From Botryllus schlosseri (Eukaryota), in the NCBI GenBank assembly GCA_051294905.1, contig CM119383.1, positions 10,354,001-10,418,000 on the forward strand: a stretch of DNA of 64,000 nucleotides, in the 5' to 3' direction. Within the stretch, counting starts at the first letter, position 1, and each line of letters starts with the position of its first letter. The notes beneath the pieces were generated by a model. It saw only the letters and a program-made list of their open reading frames with translations. It was not told the DNA's origin and did no database searches. Positions 61,265 to 64,000 of the stretch are shown piece after piece. A program made the translations under genes and the position numbers.

Positions 61265-63419
61265 AGTCACCCGGCCGGTTTTACTGCCCTGGAAGATATT
61301 TTGATTGACTGACCCGGCGAACGTGTCTCGATGATTCTCCGTAGTCAACCTGCCAGCTCGCAAGACACTTCCGGAGTATAAATGCAACAGCTGGTCCGTT
61401 CTCTGGCCGCATCAAACCTGCCCCGAGCGGTTTCATCCTGGTCTTTGGATGATATGCTCAAATTTCGTAACCGATCTTTTGAACCTCCTTGTGTGTTTTC
61501 TGTGTAATCCAAACGTTACGTCATAAGTATCGAGATTTGGTGCATTTGATGTATTTTTTCGCCTCTGCAGTTACTTTCCATAGTTTTGCCGGGGATTAGG
61601 AGCGGATTCCAAATTTTTGGCAATGCCAATTGCGACTTGTTTAGTCGAATTTGTCATAAATTTTGGTCGTTTCAACGGAAATTTTGAGCAGAATTGAAGT
61701 TTTCGACAGTACAGATGTTTGTGGCTTGTCTGGCCAAATGTGTCACGAATTTTCCCGTTCTGAATCTGACTTGAATCTTGCTGGTCTACTGCCCTAGCCG
61801 CTTTGTTGGTTGCACGCCAGGCTATAGGCTTCGCGGTGGGTATATTATCCTAGACGCGCATTAAATACGAGATGTCCAACTCCAACAATTTATTCTTGTT
61901 CGTCAGTGCGCAAAACTATACTATTGCAATTTTTGTCGACGTTTGTTCTTGTGATTTTGTGACACGCATTCTTTCCGATAAGGAAATTATCCGTGAACAA
62001 GTTACGTGCCAACGTCGCGATGGCCGCGTGTCTTTTTGATTGCGGTGGCTCTCGGACCACGTGAATATACCTCATAGGAATGTGTAAAAACATTGCCTAC
62101 TGTGTTTTTTGTTGTAGACGGTTGCGTGCCATAGCAACGCGATGTTTTCAGCTGCAGTAATCTCGTTTTTGAGTATTTGATCAGCAGTATCTTAGTGTGG
62201 TTCGTTAGCGGGCTGGATTTTTAGGAGGCGTTACGAAAACCCTTGTTACCTATTTTGTCGATGAACAATCGTCGCCAGTGGGCAGAGTTGATCGAAGTTT
62301 AATCTCTCTTGCGCCTGTTGCCTATGTTGATAATAAATATTTTACATTTTCTGAAATAGTTTCCAGTATGTTATGACGAGCTGGGTATAGCTTTCTACAC
62401 AACACAGTAAACTACGTGTCGATCTAGGGATTTTCTAATGTAAAATCACAAGCACAGTCGCGGTTAAACAGTATCGCAAAAGTTGCATAATAGAATGGTT
62501 GCATGTCGCTGGTTAGATGTCCAATGATACTAAATATATTGAGATTGCTTCGAAACAATCAACCAAACTTTCAAAGCATTATGTGGATTGGAACACCGTT
62601 TTGCGTTCGAATTCGTAGAAACGTAAATATGGCCTACGTCCCTACAATATCCGAATACGAGACCAAACACGATTACAACTTAGTAGTAGACCTCCCCTAC
62701 ATGTATGGTGATGAGTGGTGACGGTAACTTCGTCATTTGATGTAGCATTCGGATCTGTTCAAGATGTTGTGTCGGTGAATTCCAGTCCCAAATTCAGTTT
62801 ATTATTAGAAATTTCATCAGATCGATACACCGCGCACCCATTTTATTCGGTACGGGTTTGAAACTTTCATGTCGCGCGAAAACTTTAACCGAGTTCGGGA
62901 TGTGTCCGTTAAAATCCATAGAACTTTGATGGTGCTGCGACGTGTGGATTATTACTGTCGTATAGGCTAATTAAGGAGGTACTATACTCGGCGGCTGAGT
63001 GTTGCTATCATGACTACCGGACACTTCACAAAAGGGCTACCAATCGATGGTAACAACATTCTATTATCAATATTTCTAATCAACGTGCGACACGTGGCTC
63101 AGTTCATATTTTCAAAAACCGCTTCCCTGAGCTTCTTTATTAGTGGCGCAGTGTACTCGCTTCGAGTGATCCTGTTAAACGTTACACCTCTTCAGAACCA
63201 GACGAATAAACGCTTCATCATCGTAATTCAATGTTGTTTGGATGCTTGGCGCGTGAAATTTCAAATGCGTTCCATGAAAATCATTTAGGATTGTGTTGAT
63301 TTGGTTCAGTTACCAAAAGAAGCTACCTGACATCTTTATCATATCGGTAGGCCTAACATAGCTTGACGAGAGAAAATTTCGTAGTCAATCGCTGGTGATT
63401 GCCTCATTCATTGATTCAT

Positions 63420-63783
63420 ATATATATGGTATTTTGGAAATCTGAAAGAGGACACTTTTTCCAAATTTTCAGACTTACAATACTGGGGTAAAATCCTGAA
63501 AAATCGTAAATTGTTCCGACATTGTGGTCGGTTGACTAAAAAAATATCATCTTTCCGGCTCAAATCCCGAATTACTGGCTTTCTATCAGATTTTCCGTTG
63601 GTTGACTAAAAAAGAGTCAGTTTTCTGGTTGAAGTCCCGAAAACCCGTCGGACCGTCAATTGGTCTCTGATTTCCTATATCTCAGTCGAATTTCCTTGTA
63701 CATTTAATCAAAATTCTAAAAAAAGAGGGCATTTAGGCGTCCTCCGAGGACACTTTCAAAAAAGAGGACGTATGGTAACCCTC
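63420..63783. mobile_element. Inverted, decayed copy of the 52921-53327 MITE family
   Basis: GAGGACAC repeats and GAGGACGTATGGTAACCCT end; reverse-complement similarity to 52921-53327. Confidence 0.75.
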
Positions 63784-64000
63784 TAGATATATGGGCCGGG
63801 GCCTTCACACTTTGTCAATGCGCGATATACTTTCTGGGTGTGGATGATAAATGCAATCTACCGGTCAGTCTGCGCTATCTAGGGACGCGTAAGTTTCTCC
63901 AACAGTGAATCTGCCGACCGAAAAAGACGTCACTTTCGCTCTGCCCAAATTTTGGCTCGATACGATCAAATTGAGGTACATTTCGGGCCGGTGGTGGTTG

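Noticed and set aside
62400-64000. Possible terminal exon(s) of a minus-strand gene (e.g. ITRSEYTAPLIKKLREAVFENMN* near 63100-63175) and short ORFs at 62503 and 63010
   Set aside because: Too short, with no recognisable homology; cannot be supported within this window.

Overview
Eukaryotic (animal) genomic DNA with a compact gene style (many 50-100 bp introns) and dense non-autonomous DNA transposons; an ascidian-like invertebrate is plausible but cannot be shown from the sequence alone. The first ~18 kb look like one giant Foldback-type Mutator transposon (FB-NOF/Rehavkus-like). Two inverted arms built from a 195-bp tandem repeat (1-~3800 on +, ~12835-~18300 on -) flank an apparently intact 9-exon minus-strand gene of ~1295 aa. 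That gene fuses a PHD finger, a MULE DDE transposase, a Ulp1/C48 SUMO-protease domain and a second PHD finger. The ORF track shows only its first exon. The arms mirror each other down to private unit variants, and the right arm contains higher-order repeats. The left part of the element carries later insertions: a hAT MITE, a tRNA-derived SINE and a tandem R4/Dong-like retrotransposon remnant. The rest of the window holds six host genes: MCM9 (intronless), CDK20, SERAC1, a Gln-rich two-HMG-box gene, SNX4 (intronless) and LEMD3/MAN1. It also holds a young non-autonomous LTR element with non-canonical termini between the divergent CDK20 and SERAC1 starts, and about a dozen MITEs, most with 8-bp TSDs. 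All splice models and coordinates were read by eye and need RNA-seq or computational confirmation.
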